64,000 nucleotides of DNA from an uncultured Coriobacteriaceae bacterium (GCA_902780305.1 CACZFB010000038.1:213-64212); one strand, 5' to 3'; positions 1-8,724 are shown, counted from the first letter of the stretch. Numbers and translations are program-made. Notes: a model not told the origin generated them from the letters alone.

Positions 1-299
1 ACATCGCGCTGGAGGAGCTCTTTGTGAACGTTTGCAGCTACGCGTACGTCAACCAGGAGGACCAAGGAACGGTTACCGTGAACTACCTCTATACGCCAGA
101 TCCCAGGGGTATGACCATTGAGATCTTCGATACGGGCGTTGCGTTCAACCCGCTCGAGCATCGCAGGTCCGAGATAACGGACTTGGACGACATTCCCGTG
201 GGTGGCCTGGGCATAATGATGGCCACCGAGAGCGTGGATGACATCTCGTACCTGCGCGATGGCGACTGCAACCGCATAGTCTTTACCAAACGTTGGTAG
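1..299 (+). CDS. 3' part of an HATPase_c anti-sigma regulatory factor / Ser-protein kinase (RsbW/SpoIIAB-like); the 5' end lies outside the window
   Basis: Frame is open from the window edge (..IALEELFVNVCSYAY..). ATP-lid-like DDIPVGGLGIMM; TAG at 297-299. Confidence 0.55.
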   Translation, partial: IALEELFVNVCSYAYVNQEDQGTVTVNYLYTPDPRGMTIEIFDTGVAFNPLEHRRSEITDLDDIPVGGLGIMMATESVDDISYLRDGDCNRIVFTKRW

Positions 300-351
300 G
301 CTGACCCGCGACCTCCCGCATTGCGTTGGTGGTCGCGGGCTGCGGGTGGTG

Positions 352-423
352 GTGTCCGTTTGGGAAGAGGTGCCTTTTGGACATGTGTGCATGTCCAAAA
401 GGCACCTCTTCCCAAACGGACAC
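352..423. repeat. Perfect 34-bp inverted repeat with a 4-nt loop between convergent genes; probable bidirectional terminator (repeat family C)
   Basis: Arms 352-385 (GTGTCCGTTTGGGAAGAGGTGCCTTTTGGACATG) and 390-423 are exact reverse complements. The core TGTCCGTTTGGGAAGAGG recurs at 57216-57233. Confidence 0.85.
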
Positions 424-460
424 CACGGGCAACCAGGTGCGTTGCCCGCATTGTTGTGCC

Positions 461-1942
461 TTACCGGTGGTAGTACGTGTGGCGCTCGTACTTGGGTTCG
501 CTGCACACGTTTATGCCCAGGCTGCGGTAGAGCTTCTCGTCGGTGGGCGAGACGATTACCGAGAAGTACGCGTCGCAGCCCCGCAGCTCCTCCGCCGCCT
601 CAATCACCCTGGCGGCCTCGTCGTTGGTGGCCGAGCTGATGGACAGCGCGATGAGCGTCTCGTCGGAGTGCAGGCGCGGGTTGCGGCTGTGCAGGTGCTC
701 GGTCTTGAGTCGGCAAATGGGTTCGAGCGCAGCGTCGCTCACCACATAGTGCTCCTTGGGTATGCCGGCCACGCGCTTGAGCGCGTTGAGCAAGAGCGAG
801 GAGGCTGCGCCCAGCAGGTCGGACGTCTTGCCCGTTACCAGGGAGCCGTCCGTGAGCACCATGGCTGCCGCGGGCTTGCCCGTCTGCTCCTCCTTTGCCA
901 GCGCGGCGGCGCGTGCGGGAGAATAGTCCTCAGTGACGCCCGCCTTGCCCATGAGCAACTCTATCTTTGCGAGTGAGTCCTCGCCGATGCCGGTGCGCTT
1001 GAGCTGCACCGCAGTCCAGAAGTACCTGCGAACGATTTCGTTCTTGGCCGCCTCCTGGCAGATGGGATCGGCCGAGATGCACTTTCCCACCATGTTGACC
1101 CCCATGTCGGTGGGGGACTGGTAGGGACTCTCGCCCTGAATCTTGGTGAGCAGGGCGCGGACCACGGGGAAGGTCTCCACGTCGCGGTTGTAGTTAACGC
1201 ACACCTCGCCGTAGGCCTCCAGATGGAAGGGGTCGATGATGTTGCGGTCGTCCAGGTCAGCTGTCGCGGCCTCGTATGCCACGTTTACCGGATGCTCGAG
1301 GGGGAGATTCCACACGGGGAACGTCTCGAACTTGGCGTAGCCGGCCTTCGCGCCGTGTTTGTATTCGTGATACAGCTGGCTGAGGCAGGTGGCGAGCTTG
1401 CCGGATCCCGGACCGGGCGCCGTCACCACCACCAACGAGCGCGAGGTTGGCGCAAAGTCGTTTTTGCCAAAGCCCTCGTCGCTTACAATGAGCTCGGTGT
1501 TGGATGGGTAGCCGTCGATGGGGTAGTGACGGTAGCATTCCACGCCCATGGCCTCCAGGCGACGCTGGTACGCCTCGGCATGGGGCTGACCCGTAAAGCG
1601 CGTGATTACCACCTTGTTGGCGAGCATGCCCATGGCGCGGAACATGTCCATAAGGCGCAGGGCGTCCTCGTCGTATCCAATGCCAATGTCGCTGCGGCGT
1701 TTGTTCTGCTCTATGTCCTGGGCGTTGATGGCCACGAGGACCTCGGCGTCGTCGGCAAGCGCGGAGAGCATGCGCGCCTTGCTGTCGGGCTGAAAACCGG
1801 GCAGCACGCGACTCGCGTGGTAGTCATCAAAGAGCTTGCCACCGAATTCCAAATAGAGCTTGCCGCCAAACTGGTCGATGCGGCGGCGAATGCGCTCTGC
1901 CTGCATTTGGATGTACTTGTCGTTATCGAACCCAATGCGCAT
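461..1942 (-). CDS. DUF1846 (UPF0371) family protein
   Basis: ORF 461..2140 trimmed to ATG 1940-1942 (MRIGFDNDKYIQMQAERIRRRI..) behind a GAGGAG RBS. Length (493 aa) and N-terminus are typical of the family. Confidence 0.85.
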   Translation of the reverse strand: MRIGFDNDKYIQMQAERIRRRIDQFGGKLYLEFGGKLFDDYHASRVLPGFQPDSKARMLSALADDAEVLVAINAQDIEQNKRRSDIGIGYDEDALRLMDMFRAMGMLANKVVITRFTGQPHAEAYQRRLEAMGVECYRHYPIDGYPSNTELIVSDEGFGKNDFAPTSRSLVVVTAPGPGSGKLATCLSQLYHEYKHGAKAGYAKFETFPVWNLPLEHPVNVAYEAATADLDDRNIIDPFHLEAYGEVCVNYNRDVETFPVVRALLTKIQGESPYQSPTDMGVNMVGKCISADPICQEAAKNEIVRRYFWTAVQLKRTGIGEDSLAKIELLMGKAGVTEDYSPARAAALAKEEQTGKPAAAMVLTDGSLVTGKTSDLLGAASSLLLNALKRVAGIPKEHYVVSDAALEPICRLKTEHLHSRNPRLHSDETLIALSISSATNDEAARVIEAAEELRGCDAYFSVIVSPTDEKLYRSLGINVCSEPKYERHTYYHR

Positions 1943-2169
1943 AACACACTCCTCTATGTCGGCGTTTTTGTGATTCTCGCACAAAACGTATGAGAAAAAG
2001 CAACAAAACACCCCTTTGTAACCTTCCTTCGCGCTTTCTGCAGCAACTATAACAAGTGGGAATGGAATTGTTGCGAGTTTGTAACTCCTACTAGATTGGT
2101 AGGAATTAAAGTGCCATAGTCTTCGCATGCGATTTCGCATTGGATTCGAACGGACATTGGAGGTACACC

Positions 2170-3081
2170 ATGGCTTTTGCGTCGCATGTGGACGGGCTCA
2201 TCGGCAACACGCCGCTCATCGACCTTTCCGTGCTGGGAAGTGGCAACGCCTGCGTACTTGGTAAATATGAGGCCACGAACCCTGGTGGATCGGTTAAGGA
2301 CCGTATTGCTCGGTCGATGGTGGAGGCTGCCCGTCGGGACGGCTCTTTGGAGCCCGGGGGCACCATAATCGAACCTACGAGCGGAAACACGGGCGTAGGG
2401 CTTGCCATGCTTGCGGCGGCCTTGGGATATCGCATGGTTCTGGTCATGCCCGAGACGATGTCGGTGGAGCGGCGCAAGCTCGCGGCATCGTATGGCGCGC
2501 AGATCGTGCTCACGCCGGGGCCCGAGGGCATGAAGGGTGCCGTCGCGAAGGCGGACGAGCTGCACGAGCAGACACCCGGCTCGATCGTTGCGGGCCAGTT
2601 TGTGAATCCCGCCAATCCTCAGGCGCACTATCAGACGACCGGCCCCGAGATCTGGGAGGCGACCCAGGGCCGCGTGGACGCCATCGTGGCTGGCGTGGGC
2701 ACCGGCGGTACTATTTCGGGATCGGCGCGCTTCCTCAAGGAACAGAAGCCCGGCGTGTTGGCCTATGCCGTGGAGCCGGCCGAGTCACCCGTGCTGAGTG
2801 GCGGCAAGCCGGGTGCCCATCGCATTCAGGGCATTGGCGCGGGGTTCGTGCCCAAGACCTACGACGCGTCTGTGGTGGACGAGGTGCTGCAGGTTACCTC
2901 CGACGACGCCATTGCCACCAAGAAGCAGCTGTCGGAACGCCTTGGCCTGCTCGTGGGCATCTCGTCGGGCGCGGCCGTGGCGGCGGCCCTGCGCCTCTCC
3001 GCACGGGACGAGCTTGCCGGAAAGACCATCGTTGCCGTACTGCCCGACACGGGCGAGCGCTACCTGTCGCTGGACCTGTAG
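2170..3081 (+). CDS. cysK: Cysteine synthase A (O-acetylserine sulfhydrylase)
   Basis: ORF trimmed to ATG 2170 behind GGAGG. PLP-lysine motif NPGGSVKDRIA and GNTGVGLA loop; 303 aa. Confidence 0.9.
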   Translation: MAFASHVDGLIGNTPLIDLSVLGSGNACVLGKYEATNPGGSVKDRIARSMVEAARRDGSLEPGGTIIEPTSGNTGVGLAMLAAALGYRMVLVMPETMSVERRKLAASYGAQIVLTPGPEGMKGAVAKADELHEQTPGSIVAGQFVNPANPQAHYQTTGPEIWEATQGRVDAIVAGVGTGGTISGSARFLKEQKPGVLAYAVEPAESPVLSGGKPGAHRIQGIGAGFVPKTYDASVVDEVLQVTSDDAIATKKQLSERLGLLVGISSGAAVAAALRLSARDELAGKTIVAVLPDTGERYLSLDL

Positions 3082-3107
3082 CACTGCGCCCGCTGGATGG
3101 CTTTGCC

Positions 3108-3171
3108 AATCAAAGGGGCAACCCCCATTGATAGTCGCTTGCGACCAATCAATGGGGGTTGCCCCTTTGAT
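3108..3171. repeat. REP-like element, family A, inverted pair
   Basis: AATCAAAGGGGCAACCCCCATTGAT (3108-3132) and its reverse complement (3147-3171), separated by the palindromic spacer AGTCGCTTGCGACC. Confidence 0.9.
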
Positions 3172-3248
3172 GGGCGGCCCTTGGTACGTATAATGTTGAG
3201 CCGTAGGCAGCAACGTGCGCGGAGCCACCGGAGGAAGGACCAGCCCTT

Positions 3249-4724
3249 ATGATGAACATGCTGGAAGAGGCCATCGTATATGCAACCATCATGCACCAAG
3301 GTAAGGTGCGCAAGTTTGGAGGTCGGCCCTTTATCCTGCACCCTTTGGAGGTTGCCCAGATACTCTCAACCATGACCGACGACATGGAGGTTATTGCGGC
3401 GGGCATTCTGCATGACGTTGTGGAAGACACCGACGGTACCCTGGGCGAGATCGAGAAGCGTTTTGGCGAGCGCGTGGCGAGCCTGGTGCACTCGGAGTCG
3501 GAGGACGAGTATCCTGGCGAGGACCGCAGCGCCACGTGGCAGCGGCGCAAGGAGGGGTCGCTGCTCACCCTGAGGAAGAGCCGTGACGTCGGCGTAAAGA
3601 TGCTGTGGCTCGCGGACAAGCTCTCCAACCTGCGTTCGCTCTCCCAAATCTACTCTGAGCAGGGCGAGGCCATGTGGGCCGAGCTGCATGGCAACGCCGA
3701 GCGTCAGCTCTGGTACTACAAGAGCGTTGCCGAGGCGTTGGAGCTCTCGCTCAACAGGTCCGGCGCGTTTAAGGAGCTCGTCAAGCACATCAACTTTATT
3801 TGGCCCAACACCTTCGACTCGGCGAAGGGTGGCTATCGGAAGTACCGGGAGGTCTCGGTCGACGGCTGCGAGCGCATTGGGCATGGCGCCAAGGGCGATG
3901 TGTACCGCTACGACGACGAGCTGGTCATTAAGGTGTTCAACCAGAACAACCTCTACCAGGACGTGGAGCGCGAGATTGCGCTCTCGCGCAGGGCGCTGGT
4001 TCTGGGCGTTCCTACGGCGATCTCCTTTGGCATCGTGGCCGTGGGCGATCGTTACGGCGCAATGTACGAGCTGGTGGATGCCGACACGCTCTCGACGTAC
4101 ATTGCCGCCGAGCCCGACCGGGTGGAGGAGTACGCAAAGCTCATGTCCGGGGTTGCCCATGAGGTCCACTCCGTCGAGGCGGACGAGGACGACGTCTTCC
4201 CCGAGGCGTACGAGCGAATTCAGGAGTACATCCGCGGCGGCGTCGCCTACGAGGACGAGCGCCTGGCAAAGAAGTGCATGAAGCTCGTTGGCGCCCTGCC
4301 GCCTTGCAACACGCTGGTTCACGGTGACTTCCACACCAACAACGTGTTCATGATGAAGAACGAGCCCCTGCTCATCGACATGGATCGCGTCTCTCGCGGT
4401 CATCCCATCGTAGAGATCTCCGACCTGTATTACTTCTACGTGGTCCTGGGCGAGGACGATCCGTCCGTTGTCGAGAACTTTATGGGGTTCTCGTACGAGA
4501 CGTCCAAGCAGTTCTTCGACTACTTTATTCGAGACTATTTGGGGACGGACGACGAGGACAGGATTCGCGAGGTAATCGACAAGGCGACGCTTTTGTGCTG
4601 CACGCGCATGATCCGAAAGACCCGTAGGAGCGGCTCGTCGTCGCCAGAGGACAAGGCCATCATTCAACGCTGCCTCAAGAAGATTGAGGACCTCACCAAC
4701 AGGCTGGACACGCTCGAGTTCTAG
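3249..4724 (+). CDS. Fusion protein: N-terminal RelA/SpoT-type HD phosphohydrolase domain + C-terminal aminoglycoside-phosphotransferase (APH/ChoK)-like kinase domain
   Basis: HD part: HPLEVAQIL..GILHDVVEDTDG. Kinase part: HGDFHTNNVFM (HxDxxxxN) and LIDMD. 491 aa. Confidence 0.8.
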   Translation: MMNMLEEAIVYATIMHQGKVRKFGGRPFILHPLEVAQILSTMTDDMEVIAAGILHDVVEDTDGTLGEIEKRFGERVASLVHSESEDEYPGEDRSATWQRRKEGSLLTLRKSRDVGVKMLWLADKLSNLRSLSQIYSEQGEAMWAELHGNAERQLWYYKSVAEALELSLNRSGAFKELVKHINFIWPNTFDSAKGGYRKYREVSVDGCERIGHGAKGDVYRYDDELVIKVFNQNNLYQDVEREIALSRRALVLGVPTAISFGIVAVGDRYGAMYELVDADTLSTYIAAEPDRVEEYAKLMSGVAHEVHSVEADEDDVFPEAYERIQEYIRGGVAYEDERLAKKCMKLVGALPPCNTLVHGDFHTNNVFMMKNEPLLIDMDRVSRGHPIVEISDLYYFYVVLGEDDPSVVENFMGFSYETSKQFFDYFIRDYLGTDDEDRIREVIDKATLLCCTRMIRKTRRSGSSSPEDKAIIQRCLKKIEDLTNRLDTLEF

Positions 4725-4743
4725 GTGGTACGGCAACGAGCCG

Positions 4744-4769
4744 ATCAATGGGGGTAACCCCTTTTGAAT
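4744..4769. repeat. REP-like element, family A, single copy
   Basis: ATCAATGGGGGTAACCCCTTTTGAAT in the intergenic gap. Confidence 0.8.
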
Positions 4770-4870
4770 GGCTGACCACTGAACCATGCTATTATGGTAA
4801 TGCCCGTTGGCGAAGGGGCCGCCAACAGCGACCAGCCTACAGGTCAGAGCGCCCTACAGGAGGAATCACC

Positions 4871-5242
4871 ATGAAGATCACCGCCTTCAATCCGCTCATT
4901 CTCAGCAACCATGCAGACGAGGCCATCGAGCTGTTCGAAGCCCTTGGCTTCGAGCGTGCGCACACCAAGTCTGGCATTGCGGGGCACGTTACTTCTGTTG
5001 ATCTCAAGTACGACGAGAAATTCCGCGTGGACGTCGCCACCGTCGACAAGTTCCCGCAGGACCTCACCGTGATCCGCATGAACGTGCGCGACTTCGACGA
5101 GGCGTACCAGTTCCTGCTCTCCAAGGGCTTCAAGCCTGCCCGCGAGGACGGATCGACCACGAAAACCGACTCCTCCGAGGATACCCTCATGTTCTCGCCC
5201 TCCGGCTTTGCCATCTGCATCTCGGAGCACATCCGCAAGTAA
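4871..5242 (+). CDS. VOC (glyoxalase/bleomycin-resistance fold) family protein
   Basis: ORF trimmed to ATG 4871 behind AGGAGG. 123 aa with beta-alpha-beta-beta-beta-like repeats (..AIELFEALGFE.., ..FDEAYQFLLSKGFK..). Confidence 0.6.
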   Translation: MKITAFNPLILSNHADEAIELFEALGFERAHTKSGIAGHVTSVDLKYDEKFRVDVATVDKFPQDLTVIRMNVRDFDEAYQFLLSKGFKPAREDGSTTKTDSSEDTLMFSPSGFAICISEHIRK

Positions 5243-5264
5243 CGCAGCGCAAAACAACCGTTAC

Positions 5265-5303
5265 GGGACAGCCCCCGTGGCCATGTGCCATGGGGGCTGT
5301 CCC
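5265..5303. terminator. Long GC hairpin between convergent genes (bidirectional terminator candidate)
   Basis: GGGACAGCCCCC..GGGGGCTGTCCC, a 12-bp perfect stem that extends with one mismatch. Confidence 0.6.
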
Positions 5304-5332
5304 TTCGCTATGACGGTGATTGGCGCGATTGG

Positions 5333-6175
5333 CTAGAAGATGAGGTTGAGCAGCAGCGTGGTAACGGCTATGCCGATGGCGGGAGCGTCGATGTGCGTGG
5401 AGCAGTCCTCGTTGAGGTACTTGGCGCAAAGCAGGTAGATAACGTTGGAGATGGTGCCAAACAGGACGGCCAGCGCAATGTTGCCTCCGGTAACGGCCAG
5501 CGCCGTACCGATTACCGCGGTTATCTGGTGCGTGGTCGGGACCTTCTGACCGTCTCCGGCGTAGCCAAAGATGAGCAGCAGTGCCGAAATCGAGAAGCCC
5601 ACGCCATAGAAGTCGGGACCCGCCTCGTGCAATATGTAGGCAAAGACGCTCGCGACGGCCACGCAGTTGATGGTTTGAAACACCCAGTAGCGCACGCCCT
5701 GCTCCCGGTAGTACTGCGTGGCGTCGGGGTTCCATGTGCGTCCGGTGGAGAGCGTGAGGCGACAGATAACACCGATGATTACGATGGAGACCGCTCCAGC
5801 GTCGGTGGGGAGGCCAATGTACGAGATGAGCGCAAAGAGCAGGTAGCCTATTGATCCAGCGGCACCTCCCACCAGCATGATGAGCGGGTCGTGGGCAAAG
5901 ATGAGCGACCGTGTGATGTCCCAGCCCTCAATTTGCGGATACTTGCGCGCCGCAACGGCCGTGGCCACGGCCGAGCCGTTAAAGATGATGGCGGGCAAAA
6001 GCAGCGTGTTGAGTACCGAGTCTCCCAGCAGCGTGGGCTCCACGCCCGCCGCCTTGAGCAGATACACTACGACTCCGGCAAACCCCGTGCAGATGAAGGT
6101 TTGAATGCCGCCAAACATGGCGCCCAGGATGCCCACGCCAAACGAGAAAGCCACCAAGAACGGGTCGAAGAACAT
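5333..6175 (-). CDS. Multi-pass integral membrane protein, family not recognised
   Basis: Trimmed from the TTG at 6187 to ATG 6173-6175 (MFFDPFLVAF..), which is 5 nt after GGAGG. 280 aa, hydrophobic throughout. Confidence 0.65.
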   Translation of the reverse strand: MFFDPFLVAFSFGVGILGAMFGGIQTFICTGFAGVVVYLLKAAGVEPTLLGDSVLNTLLLPAIIFNGSAVATAVAARKYPQIEGWDITRSLIFAHDPLIMLVGGAAGSIGYLLFALISYIGLPTDAGAVSIVIIGVICRLTLSTGRTWNPDATQYYREQGVRYWVFQTINCVAVASVFAYILHEAGPDFYGVGFSISALLLIFGYAGDGQKVPTTHQITAVIGTALAVTGGNIALAVLFGTISNVIYLLCAKYLNEDCSTHIDAPAIGIAVTTLLLNLIF

Positions 6176-6425
6176 CGTCGCCTCCAAAAAACTGCAACTA
6201 ACAATTCAACTGGATTTAATATGCTGCAATATAAATGATGGGAACAGCATCTCGCCCGTCCTTTTCCATGGACGGTAAGATGAGGGGCGGGGAAGTGACG
6301 TCTGTTTTGCGCGTGGCCAGCGTGCAGGGCTTGGCAGCTCGGAGCAATGGTTACCAAAAGGTGCCGAACGAACAAACTAGTGCCTACTATCCAATAGCTG
6401 CCCAAGCGCTTATGCTACAAGACGG

Positions 6426-7346
6426 ATGCAAACAAAAGCGCGTTCCAAAGAGGTGAGCACCACGAGAAGCGAAGCGTACGAGCAGCAAATCGAGCGGTTG
6501 GGCAAGGCGATGGGGGAGGCCGATGCCATTGCGGTGGGCGCGGGCGCAGGTCTGTCCACCGCCGCGGGTTTCGAGTATAGCGGCGAACGGTTCGAGCGGC
6601 TTTTTGGCGATTTTATCGAGCGGTATGGCTTTACCGACATGTACTCGGCGGGCTTCTATCCGTTTGCGACGGCGGAGGAGCGCTGGGCGTATTGGAGTCG
6701 CCACATTTGGTACAACCGCTACGTACCTGCACCCAAGGACACCTATAAAAAGCTTCTGGGTTTGGTGAAAGATAAGGATTTCTTTGTTATAACCACCAAC
6801 GTGGACCATCAGTTCCAGTTGGCGGGGTTTCCCAAGGACCGGCTCTTCTATACGCAGGGAGACTATGGGCTGTGGCAGTGCAGCGTGCCGTGCCACGACG
6901 CGACTTACGACAACCAAGAGGTGGTGCGTCGCATGGTGGCTGAGCAGCGCGATTTGCGTGTGCCCTCGGACCTCGTGCCGCACTGCCCCGTGTGCGGCGA
7001 GCCCATGAGTATGAACCTGCGCGCCGACGACACCTTTGTGGAGGATGCGGGCTGGCACGAGGCGGGAGGTCGCTATGTGGCTTGGCTCGACGCACACCAG
7101 ACGGGAAGGGTGCTCTATTTGGACCTGGGGATTGGGGCTAACACGCCGTCCATAATAAAGTATCCGTTTTGGCGGCGCGTCCATGCCAATCCGCATGCCA
7201 CCTACGCCTGCGTGAACCTGGGCGAGGCGTATGTGCCGCCCGAGATTCGCGAGCGCTCGATTGCCATAGACGCCGATATAGACCGCGTGCTGGGCGATCT
7301 GGTCGGGCTGCGGTCGGAGAGTTCCGAGGGAGGACGTCATGCGTGA
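6426..7346 (+). CDS. Sir2-family protein of the macrodomain-linked (class M, SirTM-like) type
   Basis: Rossmann motif GAGAGLSTAAG, TTNVDHQF, and zinc module CSVPC..CPVCG. The 8-nt overlap with the macrodomain gene indicates translational coupling. Confidence 0.8.
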   Translation: MQTKARSKEVSTTRSEAYEQQIERLGKAMGEADAIAVGAGAGLSTAAGFEYSGERFERLFGDFIERYGFTDMYSAGFYPFATAEERWAYWSRHIWYNRYVPAPKDTYKKLLGLVKDKDFFVITTNVDHQFQLAGFPKDRLFYTQGDYGLWQCSVPCHDATYDNQEVVRRMVAEQRDLRVPSDLVPHCPVCGEPMSMNLRADDTFVEDAGWHEAGGRYVAWLDAHQTGRVLYLDLGIGANTPSIIKYPFWRRVHANPHATYACVNLGEAYVPPEIRERSIAIDADIDRVLGDLVGLRSESSEGGRHA

Positions 7347-8127
7347 GGACCGGAAGCGATACGTGCTGGAGCGACTTGTGGATGGCCTTTGCACGGAACG
7401 CGGGGTAAGACCCCCGGCCACGATGGACGTTGACGAGCTGTGGACGGCGTTCCGTGCGCTGGTTAACACGCGGCCCGCGATTCCCGCGGATGCGGAGTGG
7501 CTTGCGATGCAGGACGAGCTGCTTGAGGGACTCATTAACGAGAAGGGCGTGGCCACGCCAGACGACGCCGAGGTTGTGGGCGAGGACCCGCGGCTGCGCC
7601 TTTGGCGTGGGGACATTACCACGCTGGCGACAGACGCCATCGTGAACGCCGCAAACAGCCAGATGCTGGGCTGCTGGGTGCCGGGTCACCACTGCATCGA
7701 CAACGCCATTCACACGTATGCCGGCGTGCAGCTTCGTGCGGAGTGCGCTCGTCTGATGGAGGCGCAGGGCACAGAGGAACCGACGGGTGTGGCCAAGGTG
7801 ACCGATGCGTATAACCTTCCCGCTCGTCGCGTGATTCACACCGTCGGACCCATCGCGGGTGGCCATCCCACAGACGAGCATCGGGCGCAGCTGGCCTCGT
7901 GCTATCGGAGCTGTCTCGACCTTTGCGTCAGGGAGGGCTTGCGGTCCGTGGCGTTCTGCTGCATCAGCACGGGGATATTCGGCTTTCCGCAGGCGGAGGC
8001 TGTAGGCATTGCCGTGCGTACCGTACGCGCGTGGCTGGCCAGCCACGACGAGGGGCCGCTGGTGGTGTTCAACGTCTTTACCGCCGAGGACGAGGCGCTC
8101 TACCGCGCGCTTCTTTCCAGCTGCTGA
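7339..8127 (+). CDS. Macrodomain protein-ADP-ribose hydrolase (sirtuin-linked MacroD type with an N-terminal helical extension)
   Basis: Motifs LWRGDITTLATDAIVNAANSQMLG and CISTGIFGFP. 262 aa. Confidence 0.85.
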   Translation: MREDRKRYVLERLVDGLCTERGVRPPATMDVDELWTAFRALVNTRPAIPADAEWLAMQDELLEGLINEKGVATPDDAEVVGEDPRLRLWRGDITTLATDAIVNAANSQMLGCWVPGHHCIDNAIHTYAGVQLRAECARLMEAQGTEEPTGVAKVTDAYNLPARRVIHTVGPIAGGHPTDEHRAQLASCYRSCLDLCVREGLRSVAFCCISTGIFGFPQAEAVGIAVRTVRAWLASHDEGPLVVFNVFTAEDEALYRALLSSC

Positions 8128-8378
8128 GGGATTGTCTCCTTTGTACCACCTACCCGTGGCAGGGCCGCCGACAGCTCGTGAAAAGCAATCTTGTTGCGTT
8201 CGTTTTTCTGCATGACATACCCCTCCGCCGGTATTGTCCCGTGCCAAAATGGGAAACCTCTGCCAGATTACCGTTGGTGGCCGCGGGCGGCGGTGTAGGC
8301 CAGCCCTGGCGTGATTGATTAGTGGGAAAAAGTTTGGGGTGGTTTTGCGCCCAACTGGGCATTTGTCAAGACGGAGTT

Positions 8379-8421
8379 GCTCGACTTCCCACTAGATAAA
8401 ATAGACAGTGGGAAGTCGAGC
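8379..8421. repeat. Perfect 15-bp stem hairpin carrying the AGTGGGAA motif
   Basis: GCTCGACTTCCCACT-13 nt-AGTGGGAAGTCGAGC. Confidence 0.8.
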
Positions 8422-8483
8422 GATTCTATTTTGGCATATCCGCAGGATTGCCTGTTTTGACGTGTCGATTATTCCCACTATTT

Positions 8484-8522
8484 CAAACTGAGAAAAGGGG
8501 CCAAACCCCTTTTCTCAGTTTG
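8484..8522. terminator. Family B palindrome (GAGAAAAGGGG-loop-CCCCTTTTCTC), bidirectional terminator-like
   Basis: CAAACTGAGAAAAGGGG-CCAAA-CCCCTTTTCTCAGTTTG. A-tract and T-tract flank the stem. Confidence 0.7.
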
Positions 8523-8548
8523 ACGAGCGAGATTACGGGCTTTACTAT
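8520..8548 (+). promoter_or_regulatory. Sigma70-type promoter of the toxI-toxN unit
   Basis: TTGACG (8520-8525), 17-nt spacer, TACTAT (8543-8548). The first repeat starts about 25 nt downstream. Confidence 0.55.
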
Positions 8549-8572
8549 GGTGGTGTGAGTTCGTCTCGCAAA

Positions 8573-8674
8573 AAGCAGTGGACCCTACTGTGAGTGGGAA
8601 TGATACAAGCAGTGGACCCTACTGTGAGTGGGAATGATACAAGCAGTGGACCCTACTGTGAGTGGGAATGATGC
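8573..8674 (+). ncRNA. toxI: ToxI-like type III antitoxin RNA: three tandem 34-nt repeats
   Basis: AAGCAGTGGACCCTACTGTGAGTGGGAATGATAC at 8573-8606 and 8607-8640. The third copy (8641-8674) ends GATGC. It lies immediately upstream of a ToxN homologue. Confidence 0.75.
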
Positions 8675-8676
8675 CT

Positions 8677-8701
8677 GGGTGGGCCGCAAAGCGGCTCACC
8701 C
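8677..8701 (+). terminator. Hairpin between the antitoxin repeats and toxN (attenuating-terminator candidate)
   Basis: GGGTGGGCCGC-AAA-GCGGCTCACCC (one mismatch), followed by TTGTCATAATT. Confidence 0.5.
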
Positions 8702-8724
8702 TTGTCATAATTGGAGTTGACGCC

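Noticed and set aside
6387-7640. 417-aa ORF on the minus strand, plus many similar long ORFs elsewhere (e.g. 17365-19875, 13800-15569, 15644-16945, 11072-12274, 21909-23048, 52403-54157).
   Set aside because: They run antisense to, or out of frame with, genes that have clear family motifs. Their translations are R/A/G/P/H-rich low-complexity strings typical of open frames in high-G+C DNA, and they lack RBS-linked starts.
8100-8213. 37-aa minus-strand ORF (MQKNERNKIAFHELSAALPRVGGTKETIPQQLERSAR) with a GGAGGGG RBS, overlapping the 3' end of the macrodomain gene.
   Set aside because: It is short, has no recognisable family, and overlaps a well-supported CDS. It is kept only as a note because it faces the toxIN islet; ribosome profiling or conservation would be needed.
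8573-8674. Tandem repeats as a CRISPR array, or as the 5' end of the 195-aa ORF (8662..9249).
   Set aside because: The units are contiguous with no spacers and no cas genes, so this is not CRISPR. The ORF-track start at 8662 lies inside repeat 3 and upstream of a hairpin. ATG 8725 has a GGAG RBS and matches the ToxN N-terminus.
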